The notes under the pieces are model-generated. The model saw only the letters and a list, made by a program, of their open reading frames with translations, was not told where the DNA came from and did not search any database. This document shows, piece by piece, positions 13,811 through 27,255 of a stretch of DNA of 64,000 nucleotides; within the stretch, counting starts at the first letter, position 1; each line of letters opens with the position of its first letter. Made by a program: the position numbers and the translations under genes. Source of the stretch: the human T2T-CHM13v2.0 reference genome, Homo sapiens; assembly GCF_009914755.1 (NCBI RefSeq), contig NC_060941.1. One strand, written 5' to 3'.

Positions 13811-16239
13811 ATTTTCTCACCAGCTTTGCTGGGCAGGGCTGCCTTTAGGGGCCATGAGGTGCACATCCCCGGAGATGTACAACCAAAGCCAGGGACATGG
13901 TGAGCTGAAGAAGCACTCAGGTGAATGAGGCCTCTCTGCTTCCTCCAGGGAGAATTCATTGCCACTAACCTTCAAGCTCTGAGGCTGCAAAATTTGCAAG
14001 ACAACAGCTGAGACTGATGGGGGCTGAGATTAGATTATTCCTTCAGGGAGGGGTATCACCTCCTGGGGGAAAAGGGAAGGGGGTGGACACCCCCAAGTGG
14101 GATGGGGGAAAGGAATAGCTGCAAGAAAAGAAGGAGGGGGGGCCCTGGAGGACTAGCACAAAGGCCGGATTTAGCCGCTGTGCAGATCAACATCCCTGAG
14201 TCTACACCAATAGGAACCCCTTCCCTCTCCTCCTCTCCAGCTGCCTCTGCCCTCTGCACTCACAAAGCCTCAGAGCAATCGCCCAACCCATATGGTAAAA
14301 TATTCATCGGGATGCAAGGCAAGGCAAGAGACTGAGGCAGTGTCAGAAGAGGGGGTGGGGTTTCCTGGCTGAGAGGTCCTGGGTGCATCTTCTTTGGGCA
14401 GCGAGGCACGATGTTCTCTGCTTGGGAGCTGCGTGAGGGTCACAGCTTGGGCACAGCTAAACTCCTGAGGCTAGCACAAATGTATTTAACATTCCACCAA
14501 CGTCCAGCTACTGGGGACTCCTGCATTATTTATTTATTTTTGTACTAATGGCCTGAAACGTCTACAGAGCAGCTCTTGGATAGCATGGTGACTAGAAACC
14601 CAGGCCCCTTGCTCCGCATCTTCTGCAGTGTGAGCAGAGTTCATGGTCTTGGGTCCCACTGACTAGCCCTGGGTCTGGAATCACAGGCAGCATTGGGGTG
14701 ATTTTCCTCCTTGCCAAGACACAGATCCCTCTGAGGAGCGCCCGGTTATTTTTGAGTCTTCTGTGCTCAATCTTATCCCTCATTTCCAGGAACTGCATTG
14801 GCACCCGAGGCTCTTGCAAGTGGCAATTTACTAGAACAAAATAAAATCCCTAGTCAGATTTAAAAGCAATGAAATAAATAGAATTGCATTTTTCACTTGG
14901 CGTCAAGACGGTGGAGACACACCCACGTACAACTTGAAAGCACCTTGTTTGCTTCCTTTTAAAGAGAGGCGGCTGATCAATCAGCCGCTTTCATTTAAAC
15001 TCAGGGACACAGGGGAAAAGACAGAAAGCAAAAGCCCCTTTTCTCCTTCCTGGAGTCTGAAACCAACTGTTCCTATTTCTTAAATCTGTGGACTTCCCCT
15101 CCCATCCTCTGAACCTTTTCCCTACTTTTTCTCAGGATATATTCCACAGGAATTGAACATCTGGCAACACAGGTTTCCATGGAAAAGACAGCAGGCTGGG
15201 CTTTGTTCTCACCCACAGCTGATGGAGATGTGCCTTTCACATGGCAGTAGGGAGCCACTGTTAGCCACAGCAGGCTGGCGCTCAGAGCCCAGCAGGTCAT
15301 GGCAGCGCTGGGAGCTGCCTCTGTCTTCTAGCTCTTTCCTTTTTTGCTGCACTTTTCCACATGCTGACTTTCCCCCAGACTTGGCTTTATCCTGCCAGGA
15401 CATAGAGAATGGTCTTGGAGCTTCCCTGATTCTTTCCAATGTCTCCAGTCTCTGCTCCAACTCCATGTGGTACTGCCTACCTCTACATGACCTGGAATAT
15501 TATTTCAGCTCTGTTCATTGATGACTTTAGGGAGGTGGCCAGGCTCTGCCCATCAGTAGGACCAAAGTGGCCATTTTCTCATCTGGGACCCAGAGAGATG
15601 GGGGTGGGGTGCCTTGGAGATGGTAGAGTCCAGCTGAAGACCCTCAGGCCCAGAGAGACTCAACAGCTGGCCCAAGGTCACACAGCCAGTTAGACATTGG
15701 ACCTCCCGGTACTCACTCAGGTGCTCTGTCCAGTGCTCCATAAAGCCTGAGATCTGAGTTGGCCCTTCTGAACCATGTCCTTGGCAGGGGAGGCAGAATG
15801 AGATATCTGGCAGAGCTGAGCTCTGTGGCAGAATGACAAATGGGCCCCTTGTATTGCTAGGAAGTGGGTTCTGGGAACAAGGGCAGCCAACAGAGCCATT
15901 TATCCACCTCCCAGTCAGTGACTCGGCCAGCAGTGGAGAAGTCAGAGAGAACAGGGGGCTGTAAAGGCTATGGGTTCTCTAACTCATTACTGGCAGGGAC
16001 TGCCATCCAGGGCTGACCAGCACTTCAAACGTGAGGCCTGTTGTCCTAAAGACCAGGGCCAGGTGAAGAACATCCTTTTAATATAAATTGCACTTAAATT
16101 CAGTGCTTCTCAATTTATGTTAATTGCAAATCGAAGTCTTGCAATTTCACATGTGTATACATATACCTATATTTAATTTTTTAAACAGCATAGTATACAG
16201 GATGTTCTAAGACAGGAGTTTTCAAATGTAGATGATAGA

Positions 16240-16700
16240 AAAATAATTTTTTAGGGAGCATTTGGCAAGCGTTATCAAAACTTTAAAATATTTATACTCT
16301 TTGTCTTAGGAATTCCATTTCTAGAAATACAGCCTAGGAAAATAATCAGAGATAGAGACAATAATGTTTGTTACAGCATTAAATTAGATCTAATCTTAAT
16401 ATCCCACCATTAAGACAATGGTAGAGTGTAGTATATCCATTTGGTAAATTATTATGAATCATTCAAAAATGATGTAAAGAATTCTAATGAAATAAGAAAA
16501 TGCTTATGATATAATGTCAAACAAAAAAGTAGGGTATACAACTGCATGTACATATGTTTCAACCATTAAATCTATATGTTTATTTCTCTTTCTCCACATA
16601 ATCTTAGAAAGAAGGGTAAGAAAAAAACCATGGGAAGTGTATATAGTGTTTTCCCTCTCAAAGGAGGTGATTTGGGTGATTTTTAAACACCTTCCTCAAT
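16240..16700 (+). mobile_element. Old L1M (L1ME/MC-like) 3' fragment
   Basis: aattccatttctagaaatacagcctaggaaaataatc; aaaatgcttatgatataatg. Confidence 0.65.
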
Positions 16701-16869
16701 TTTTCATACTGTGAGTGTGTGTGTTTAGGATTGCACACACATAGCAGAGGTTTTATCTGGGCTGGAGCTGAGATTTGGGTATCTCTGATGGGTGGAGGTG
16801 ACAACCTCTCTCTCTCAGATATGTTTACCTCCATTGATCTCTAGGGGCCGGCAGACTGTCCTTGACTGG

Positions 16870-17248
16870 TGCTATGATTTGAATGTGTGCCCCAGATTTC
16901 ATGTGTTGAAAACTTAATCCCCAAATTCATATGTTGATTAGGAGTGGGAGCTTTGGGAGGTAATTAGGATTAGATAAGGGCATCAGAGTGAAGCTGCTGG
17001 GATGGGACTGGAGGCTTTATAAGAAAAGGAATGGAGACCTGAGCTGGCATGCTCTTGCCCTCTTGCCATGTGATAACTTCAGCCTTGTTATGACAAAGCA
17101 TGAAGGTCCCTACAAGATGCTGGTGCCGTGTACTTGGACTTCCCAGCCTCCAGAACCATGAGCTAAATGAACTTCTTTTTTAGAAAAATAAATCACCCAG
17201 TCTGTGGTATTCTGTTATAGCAATAGCAACAGAAAACAGACTAAGACA
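16870..17248 (+). mobile_element. MST (MSTC/D-like) MaLR solo LTR
   Basis: tgctatgatttgaatgtg...acagactaagaca; TSD actgg/acggg. Confidence 0.82.
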
Positions 17249-17809
17249 ACGGGAACACAGGCATTTATGGATGTGCTTAGCAAGCCTGGGTTGGGGCCCC
17301 AGCTCCTTCTATCCATGTAAATGGCAAGGGGCCCAGGACAAAGGGAGCAGAGCAAACAATGCTCAGAAAGGGGGCCTGGGAGTCAGAGGAGGGCTTGTTC
17401 TGAGAAACAACATAATGGCTGCTGCTTGAAAGTCCTCCCTTGCTACCTGTTGACCCAATCGCCATGGCAACTTGTGTTTACTCTGGGAAGAGTTGCTATT
17501 GTCAAAAAGAGAGCTATAACTCCCAAGGGCCCAAGCAACCCTTGGGGAGCCCATCTAGGTGTATGAAGTTAGTGGTGAGGGAGCGTGTCTGCAGCCACTC
17601 TGCAGTGGCGATTATGGAGCAAGAACAGGGGAGCATCCCGGGGGATCTGCGCCTGGGGCAGTGGAGAAGTGGGCAGCAGACTTGGCTCAGTGGCAACAGC
17701 AGAAAGTGTGGGAAGAACAGGGTGTTGTGCTGGAGACCAGGATCCCAGTGGAAATTGAGACTGAGAGAGGAAGACAGAGGGAGGGAACTAGGGGAAACAG
17801 TCTTGGGGC

Positions 17810-17922
17810 TTGATGCTGTGACTTCATATGTGTCATTTGGGTTACAAATATGAATATGGGATAGTAGGGGGATGGTTCAGCTGCCTCAACCTGTCTTTGT
17901 AACAGTCATGGCATTCTGCATA
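17810..17922 (+). repeat. Donor copy of a ~113-bp local duplication (second copy 19213-19326)
   Basis: Manual alignment gives about 9 substitutions plus 1 indel between the copies. Confidence 0.95.
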
Positions 17923-19049
17923 GTGAAAAGATCAGAATGGAGCAGGAGTTTATAAGCTCAAATTCATCTTGCAGACATGTTTCACGAAGGTCAAAAATTG
18001 GGTACCTTTAGGCAGGTCCTACCTTCTAATTGCCATGCACCCCACCCCTTCCTACTGTCTCACACCTGGCCCAGTTCACTTATTGCTATCACTTGCCTAA
18101 GCCCTGGAGGTATGTGAGTTTGCAGCCTGTGGGTGGATGTCCTCCAAGGGCCTTTCCAGCTCTCATGTTACAAAGTGGCTTTGCAGCCCTCGTCTCACTT
18201 GCCGTCCTCCATCCCACCCCCTCATATCCAGAGCTCCCCTAAGAACCACTCCCCCTTCTCCATGCACATCTGCCTCATGCCTGCCTTGCTTAGGCTGCCC
18301 TACCTGCCTGCAAGCCCTTCCACTCTGGAGACCTCCAACTTGTCTTCCAAGTCTCCATTCAGGGTTCTCCAGCTTCATGATGTCTTTTCCTTGTCCCCTC
18401 TGATGCAGTCTGAGCACTCCTGTCTTTGTGTCCTCACTTTGGCCAGACACTGTGATGGCTTTTGTCCTTGTCTCCCTTGGCTGCTAGCCTTGGAGCAGCA
18501 TGGGGCCTACGCTCTGCTCATCTCCCAGTTTTTGGTGCCTAGCATGGTGCTATAGGAGGGAAGGTATTACATCTCCGTACACTGCTGAGTAATCAGGCAC
18601 TGGCTCAGAGAGGTTCACCATGTTGTCCAGGGTCACACAGCTAATGAGATAAGCAGAGTTAGTACCAGAATTCAGGTCTTCTTCCTTGAAGTGTCCACTG
18701 GGCTTTCTCTGCACCAGGTATCACAACTTGCAGGGAAAACCCAGGATGCTTTAATCATTTGAAATGAACCAGGCAATAGATTAGTGATGAGAAATAATGG
18801 ATATGGCTGATCTATCTGTCTGTCTATCTAACATATATATGAGATATATGTCAATATATATACTCCACAGAGATGACCGAGTGGGTGCTATTCAGAAAAC
18901 ACATCGGAGTTAGTCCTTTCCCCAGAAAGTTGACCTCCACTCTTGGGCATCCTCTTCTGGATCGAGGAAGGTCCTGTTGGGTAAGGACTCCCAAAGCATC
19001 AGCTGAGTACACTGGCATTGTTCCATGTCAGGGTGTGGATGGAAGAATG

Positions 19050-19420
19050 CCTGTTTAGTCATGTGGGCTCTGCAGCCACAGTTCAAATCCCAGCTCTGCA
19101 ACTTATGAGCTGTGTGACCCTGGATAAATGAGCTAACCCTTCTGTGCCGCAGTTTCCTTATTTATAACCAACTCATGGTGATAGTTTCTAGCCTCTTGAG
19201 GCATTGAGAGGATTGATGCTGTGACCTCATATGTATCATTTGGGTTACAAATATGAATATGGGATGGCAGGGGGGTGGTCCATCTGGCCTCAACCTGTCT
19301 TTGTAACAGTCGTGACATTCTGCATATATATACTCCCATATACATGAGAGGATTAAATGAGTTAACCCGTGTAAAGCACACAGTGAGCCCTAATGTGAGT
19401 GCCTCTGCCATTAATATTGT
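19050..19420 (+). mobile_element. MIR SINE interrupted by templated insertion
   Basis: gttcaaatcccagctctgcaacttatgagctgtgtgacc...tgagaggatt [insert] tgagaggattaaatgagttaa. Confidence 0.85.
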
Positions 19421-21537
19421 CAGTTTGTCTATGAGTGGGCAAGAGGGCCTGGCACTAGAAATCAGGGGATGTGGCCCTGGTCTGGCTCTGCCTTTGGCTA
19501 TCCTTCCCCAACTCTCCTGCAGGGGGCAGGATGGGTGGGTTCCATGTTCTTGGGGATTTTTGCAATTCCTTTGCCCCTGCAGCACTCTTCTCTGTGGCTT
19601 CTGCAACTGCTTTGGGACGAAGCCTCTTGAGTAGATGAAAGGGAGTGGGAAGTTGAGAGCATCCCCGCTCCCTGCCACCTCCTGCGTCTTCTTAATGAGC
19701 TGCCACTATCTCTGTGGGGTGTGGGGTCGTGCTAGCTCCCATCTGGAGGGAGGCTGGCTCTGACCTTGCTCTCCAGGTGCCAGCTCACCTCCAGGGAGGT
19801 AGTTTCCCGAATGCTGACCCCAGGCCAGGCCCTGTCCTCCAGGGACTCAAAGTCACTTTACACTTCAGGGCAGCGAGTGCAGTGCAGGCCAAGCACAGGG
19901 GACTGGGTGATCCCAGCCAGGAGGGGAGGGGCTCAAGGAGAGGGTCGGGAGGAGGTGACCCGGGAATACTGAAGGTCCAGTAGGAGGTGATTAGAGGGTT
20001 AAGGGTGAGCATTCCAGGAAGACAATGGCCTGGGCTGAGGCCACAGAGGAACAAGCTAGCCATGTTCAGTTGTTCAGCGGGCTAGGGTGGAAAATGGCCA
20101 GATTCCAACCTCCTAGCCTGGGAGGATCACTTCTGGGAGGGAGAACCTAGGCCCCGGCCAGGATTCCTGTGGTCAGTTTGGGCTGAGGAAGGTGGGATGC
20201 TGAGCCCATTGCTTCTCTGGTTTTAAGCCCTTTTCAGTGTATCTTGGAAAAGAAAACACACCTCTTCTTCTGTGCCTCTTCTTCCTGGGGGCAGGGGGTA
20301 GGCTTAAAAGTGGCATTAAACACCTTATTCCCAAAGCCCTGGGATGTCAATGATGGGGTTCCCTGATGAGCTCCTGGGTGTTGCTCACCTTCATGCCAGC
20401 CTCCCGGCCTTCCTGCATTATGAAGGAAGCTCCAGAAGCCCAGCTTTGGCCAGCTGCAAAGCCAGTGGGGGCCCAGTGCTGGGAGGCCATATGGGGAGCT
20501 GGGCAGAGGGGTACCTTGGCCGACCTAGGGACTTCAAGCTGGTCCCTGAGCTAAGCAATTGCGCGGCGGTGCTCAGGGCAGGCCTGCCTTTCTGGGCCTT
20601 CAGACTTCCCACCATCTGCTTAGTGAGGCCCTCTGTTTAAATTCTCTACTTGTCTCAGCTTCCACAAAATAATTAGCATCTATTCGTTCCTAGAGCTTGC
20701 TTGGCGACATTAGTCATTGTAGGAGCTTTCAGTGCGGCTTGCAGAAATTTCCATTTGATGCAAAGTTGAAAATGGCTTAAGTGGGACTCCACGGGCCCCA
20801 CTTACTTTACCAGCATCTGGTGCCTTGGTTTGTTTCCTCCTACCTGCTTCTTTGCTGCCTTCTGAGCAGGTGTGGGGCCTGATGATGACAAAGGGAGAGG
20901 AGGGCACTCAGACAAGAGAGGATGCTGTCCTCCTGGGACACCGTGGGGAAGGAGACTCACAAGGAAAACCCATCTGGGGTGGGAGAGGGAGGAGGAGGTT
21001 TTTAGTGCTGCAGCCACCTAGGCCCTTCCCGCAGGGACAGAGCTTTTGTAAGGGAGCGATTTATGTGTTGAGCTGCAAAGGAGGCCACATAAACCCAATC
21101 CCGGTTCAGGCATGAAATCCGCTGCAGAACAATTCTCTGACATATTTGCTTACAAAACTAACAGGCACGATTGCAGAACAACCTGCTCTCTGAGGCATGA
21201 GTGGCTCAAAGCCCTTTGGCTTTTCTTGAAAGCAGTGCTTTGGCTCTCATGAGAACCCAGCTGCTCTAGCGTTGGTCAGTTTACATATTCCTGAGCCAGA
21301 GAAAGGGAGAAGGTGCTGCCTCCTGGCGGTCCTGTGGGGAATGAATGTGGGGCAAGCCAGTTCCTGAAATCATGCTTCACACTCCCTGGGCTGCAAAATG
21401 CTTTCCTTCCATCAACCCTCTCAGGTGGATGTTAAGGTCTTATCTGAGCCAATGGGGAGATGGACATTCAGGGAGAGGAAGGGCCATGCTTTGTGATTCT
21501 GGCCTTTCTTTGCCTATCTGTAAAATGATCTGGTTGT

Positions 21538-21820
21538 CTGTAATCCCAGCACTTTGGGAGGCCGAGACGGGCAGATCACCTGAGGTCAGGAGTTCGAGAC
21601 CAGCCTGGCCAACATGGTGAAACCTTGTCTCTACTAAAAAATACAAAAATTAGCAAGGCTTGGTGGTGGGCACCTGTGGTTCCAGCTACTAGGGAAGCTG
21701 AGGCAGGAGGATTGCTTCAATCCAGGAGGCAGAGGTTGCAGTGAGCTGAGATCGTGCTACTGTACTCCAGCCTGGGCAACAGAGTGAGACCCTGTCTCAA
21801 AAAAAAAAAAAAAAAAAAAA
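21538..21820 (+). mobile_element. AluS, 5'-truncated by ~20 bp
   Basis: Starts at ctgtaatcccagc; A22 tail. Confidence 0.93.
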
Positions 21821-22459
21821 AGGACCTGGTTGGACAAAGCAATCTCTGAGGGCTGTCCACATTTAGTCTCTCCCTTGTGGTGTGCATTGGGCCTGAGGGG
21901 TTTTACCCCTATGGCGGTCCACAGGGGGACCCTGCCCTGGTCAGTGGCCCATGCAGCAAGACGCATGGTGCCGTGCGACGCTTTGGGTCTGCAGTGTAAG
22001 ACAGATCTGGGTCCAAGCCCTGGCCTGGCCCTGTTTTAGCTGTCCGGTCTATGGCAAGTTGGCTTCCCTGGCTGGATCTTGGTTTTCTTCTCATCCACAA
22101 AGTGGGGTCAGCTCCCTCTTCTGCCTGCCTTATGCCTCACTCCAGTGTGAGTGTCAAAGAAGAGAATCAATATGGAAATGCCTTGTGGATGAAAAGGTGG
22201 TGTTTGATTTTCTTTTGCAAAACATGATATATGCAAATTATACCAGAAATCAAATCTCACAAAAAGATGATGAAAGATAAGCTTCCCTTCCTACCTGTCT
22301 CCCACTTCTTCTCTCTAGATACAACCTATTATTACTCCTTGTGTGCGCTTCCTTAGAGACTTTCCATATGTCCAATATATATGTGCAAAGAGTGACATCT
22401 CAAGTATTTATACATCCATCTATCTATCTCACTTAGATGATTTTTAGGACTTTTAGAAA

Positions 22460-22843
22460 TATCCGTTCAGCAAATATCCACTTTCCTTCTCTTCCTCCCA
22501 GGAAAATGCTCCCTGGCCCCATTGGTATTGGACTTGGCCATGACTTACTCTGGCTAATGGGATATGAACCAGTGTGACATGAACAAAGATTTGAAATATA
22601 GTTGGTAGAAATCTCCTCTAGTGCTTCTGCCATGACCATGAGAGGAATAAGCCCTAGCTAGCTGGCTGATCCCAGAAGAATGAGAGCTGTGGATTGGAGC
22701 CACTCCAGCCTATCTGTGGGAGTGTAGAAGAAAAAGAAAACTGTCCCAACTGACTGCACACCTTTGAGCCTGAAAATAATGCTTATTGTTGTATGTCATT
22801 GAGTTTTGGGGATGTTTGTCATGTAGCAATTGCTAACTGATAC
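22460..22843 (+). mobile_element. Old MLT1 (I/J-like) MaLR LTR
   Basis: ggccatgacttactctggctaatgggatatg; aataatgcttattgttgtatgtcattgagttttgggg...gctaactgataca. Confidence 0.7.
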
Positions 22844-23048
22844 AATATATATGTTTACTTTTTTTCTAAACTGTATGGGAACATATATACAATATTGTGC
22901 ACCTTGCTTTCTTCACATAATGTGTATTGGAAATTGCTCTGTATTGGTACATGTACATGTCTCTCAATTTTAATGGCTGTATAATATTCCATCTTATAGT
23001 ATGTTCCTTATTGATGGATGGGTAGGTTGCTTCTGTCTTTTCCTATTA

Positions 23049-23281
23049 TAGGTTGAATATCCCTTATCTGATGCTTAGGACCAGAAATGTTTTGGAGTTC
23101 AGATTTTTTTGGATTTTGGAATGTTTGCATTATGTACTTACTAGTTGAGCATCCCTAATCCAGAAATCTGAAATCTGAAATATTTCAATGAGCATTTACC
23201 TTTGAGTGTCATGTTGGTACTCAAAAAGTTTTGAATTTTGAAGCATTAAATGATGATTTTGGATTTGGGATGCTCAACTTG
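23049..23281. mobile_element. Tigger4a/MER46A (TcMar-Tigger) MITE inside an old L1 fragment
   Basis: TIRs (t)aggttgaatatccct / gggatgctcaacttg with TA on both sides. Confidence 0.85.
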
Positions 23282-23799
23282 TACAACAATATTGTAATGA
23301 CTCATAATTATATTGCAGGACAAGTACCTGGAAGGAGAAATTACCAGGTCAAAGAGTATGTTCAAAACTGTTGAACCAATTTACACTCTCACCATCCGTA
23401 TATGACAACTGCTGTTTCCCCACAATAGGGATATTACTTTGAGGATGCCTCTTTACTGCAGCAGAAGTTCTGATTCTTGTTCTACAGCCCCACAGTCTTC
23501 AAACCTCACCATGAGGTTTCAAAAAGCAGTGTTTTCCCAGAGTGGTATGTGATTTTAGGTGGTACCAGAGACGATTTTTAAAAGGTACACAGAAAAGATA
23601 CTAATGAATGATGAATCACGCAGTGATAAAATGATTCACTTTCCAAATCTCTACTGCTCCTCTGATTCCATCAGGGAGAAAGTCCCAGCTGGATGCTGAT
23701 GTATTTTAACACTTCTCTAGCAGTTGCTAATTTTCCCTTGAACTCAGAGCCTTCGGTGGGCAGTAGTACTTAGCTTTCACTGGATTCATTAAAAAAAAT

Positions 23800-24095
23800 T
23801 AATTTGTTTTTAATGGACAAATAAAAACTAAATATATTTATCATGTACAATGTGATGTTTTGAAATGTATATGTGGTGGAATGACTAAATTGAGTTATTT
23901 AACATACGCATTACTTCACATCCTTACCATTTTTTTATGGTAAGAACACTTAAAATCTACTGTCTTAGCATAATTTTCAAGAATACAATACATACTTATG
24001 GTCACTATGTTGTACAATAGACCTCTTGAACTCATTCCTCGTATTTAACTAACATGTTGTATCCTTTGACCAATCCTCATTTCCTGGTAATCACT
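23800..24095 (-). mobile_element. L1MA (MA8-like) 3' end
   Basis: aacacttaaaatctact...tcaagaatacaataca...tgttgtacaatagacctcttgaac. Confidence 0.75.
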
Positions 24096-24483
24096 GTATT
24101 CATTTTTTACCAGTTAATTTTATTTACTGGCTAATGTTCCTGATTTTTCTTTGTTGGAGAGTGATTGCAAATTTCCTTTGAAAATAAATTTATTTCATTA
24201 CAAAAAGCTTGTGCTCAGATTTATTTACTTTTTTTTTGGAAGTAATGTTAGACATACAGAAGGGTGGCAAAAATGGTACAGGGCTTCCTATATTCCCTTC
24301 ACTCTGCTTCCACCAGTGCTAACACCTTACATAACCGCAGGACAATTATGGAAACCAGAAAATTAACATCGATTTGATACTCTTGACTAATCTACAGACC
24401 TTATTTGAATTTTGCCAGTTTTCCCACTAGTGTCCTTTTTCTTGTCCAGATCTAATCCAAGATCCCACATTGCCTTTACTAGT

Positions 24484-24862
24484 TGATATGGTTTGATTGA
24501 TATGTCTACACTCAAATCTCATGTCGAATTGCAATCCCCAGTGTTTGAGGTGGGCCTAGTGGGAGGTAATTGGATCATGGGGTGGATTTCCCCCTTTGGT
24601 GCTGTTCTTGTGATAGAGTTCTCATGAGATCTGGTTGTTTAAAACTGTGCAGCACCTCCTCCTCCTCTCTGTTCCTCCTCCTCTGGCCATGTGAAGATGT
24701 GCCTGTTTCCCCTTCACCTTCTACTATATTGTAAGTTTCTTGAGACCCCCCAGCCATGCTTCCTGTACAGCCTGCAGAACCATGAGCCAATTAACCTCTT
24801 TTCTTTATAAATCACCCAGTCTCAGATATTTCTTTGTAACAGTGTGAGAGTGGACTAATACA
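24484..24862 (+). mobile_element. MSTA MaLR solo LTR inserted in an old L1 3' fragment (~24220-25080, minus)
   Basis: tgatatggtttg...ggactaataca; TSD ctagt/gtagt. Confidence 0.85.
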
Positions 24863-26139
24863 GTAGTCCCAGCTATTTAATTTCCCCCACATTGTGACAG
24901 TTCTTATGTCTTTATCTTTCATGATCTTGATAAGTTTGAAGAGAACTGGCCAGTTATTTTGTAGATCATCACTTAACTTGGGTTTGTCTGGTATTTTCTC
25001 ATGCATACCACAGAAGTGATGTTTTGCCATTCTCAATACATCTTAGGAAGAGGTACATGATGTCATATGGCTTAGGTGACCCATGCTTGGCAGAGGTTTG
25101 GGAAAACCTTGCATAGGTGGAGACAGTTTGTGGTTGTCCTCTGGTAACTTCTGTGATGTGGATCTGTGTCTGGGCAATAGTCCTCCCGATCCTGGCCTGC
25201 CATGAGGAGGCCGACCACCCTCTGCCCTTGTCAAAACTCATGGTGCAGCTCTGAAGTGTCTATGATGGAAACCAGCAACCCCATCCCCAGCACCCTGCTT
25301 CCTAACGTTGGTCCTGAATGGTGACTGAGCTAAGACTCTATTGAGCTTTCATTTCTGTGCCTTCTGAGACATGTTCATGCTGGTTCAGATGAAAGGTGCG
25401 AGACAGCTCTTTGGATTTGATCTTCCCTCAGATGAAACATTTTAGGCTAGAAAATAAAGACGTCCCAGGCAGGTGGGAGTCAGTGACACCCTTGATAGAG
25501 GCATCTCTGCAGTTTTTCCTTTCAACCCCAAAAGAGATTTTCCCAACTGATATTGCTCACCATCTGTTGCCAAGCTATTGCTTTGTTTGACTTTCTTTCC
25601 CTTCATGTTTTGGAAAATGTTCTGTGAAATCCCAATCTCTCTTCCCTCTGTGATCTGAAGAAACTCTCTCTTTCGGCTTCTTCCCCACCTACCTCTGGAA
25701 AGACACTGGAGTCTTGGAGCGGCTGCTGGCTCCTGGGCAGCTGGTGCTAGTTTAGGTCTCAGATAATATTGCCCTGAGGAGAAAAGCCAATTACCTTAAG
25801 CTAAGACTAATTAACTACCACAGAGGGTGGGATTTCTGAAGAAAATGCCTGACTCTCCCTACGGTCTGTTTAATGAGCGGATGGCTCCGCAGGGATGCCT
25901 TTGATAATCCCAGGGCCTGAAACGGATCCCACCACACAACTCACAACTGAATCTGGATCCCAGCGTCACCTCTGCCTAATTTCTGACTCACATACTGACT
26001 GGTTTCATGTACTGTCGAAGTTGATGGATGGAGGTGAGAAATAATTTTTTTATGTTACTTGTCAATATGAGTCAATTCCTCCTTTTTCCTCTTCTGTGTG
26101 CAAAGTCCTGGTTTGGGTACCAAAAAGACATGGGAGACA

Positions 26140-26620
26140 CTATATCTTAGGCACTGTTATTGCTGCTGGGGAGACAGCAGTGAATGGGCTATAGACACAT
26201 TGCTTGTCCTCTTGGAGCTTGGAATTTAGTGGGAATCCCAGGTAGCTTAACTATGAAGAGGGATGAAATTTAGGATAAAGTGCTATGGGAGGGAAGAAGA
26301 GGAGACTTAATCCAGTTTGGGGTTGTGGAGCCAATTTCAAGGTGAGGCTTGAACAATGGGCAGGAATTATGCAGCTAGAGGAGCCAGAGGTGGGTGGGAA
26401 GGGAAGGTGTGTTTCAGGCAGAGGCGCCAAATGTGGCACAGAGATGAGAATAGCACAGTGAAGTTGAGGAACTGTTGAAGTCGAATTGGAACCCAGAGTT
26501 CAAAGAGAAGAGTGGAGACAGATGAGCAGGAGGAGGGTTGGCAGGAAAGGCCTTGTAAGCTCAAGGGTTTGACTCTACTTCTAAGAGCCAACTATTGTAT
26601 ATGAGAGGGAGGGCTCACAT
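26140..26620 (-). mobile_element. L2 LINE fragment
   Basis: aggcactgttattgctgctggggagacagcagtgaa...cttggagcttggaatttagtggg. Confidence 0.65.
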
Positions 26621-26646
26621 CTCCATTTTAGTTGACTTGGCTGCTT

Positions 26647-27255
<609 letters not shown>

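Noticed and set aside
19133-19678. 181-aa minus-strand ORF
   Set aside because: It runs through a MIR and the templated insertion and has no recognisable homology.
23525-23790. Possible hAT-Charlie fragment (a similar AT-rich block lies at 6050-6300)
   Set aside because: Suggestive cagtgttttccca terminus, but I could not confirm a partner TIR, TSD or family by eye.
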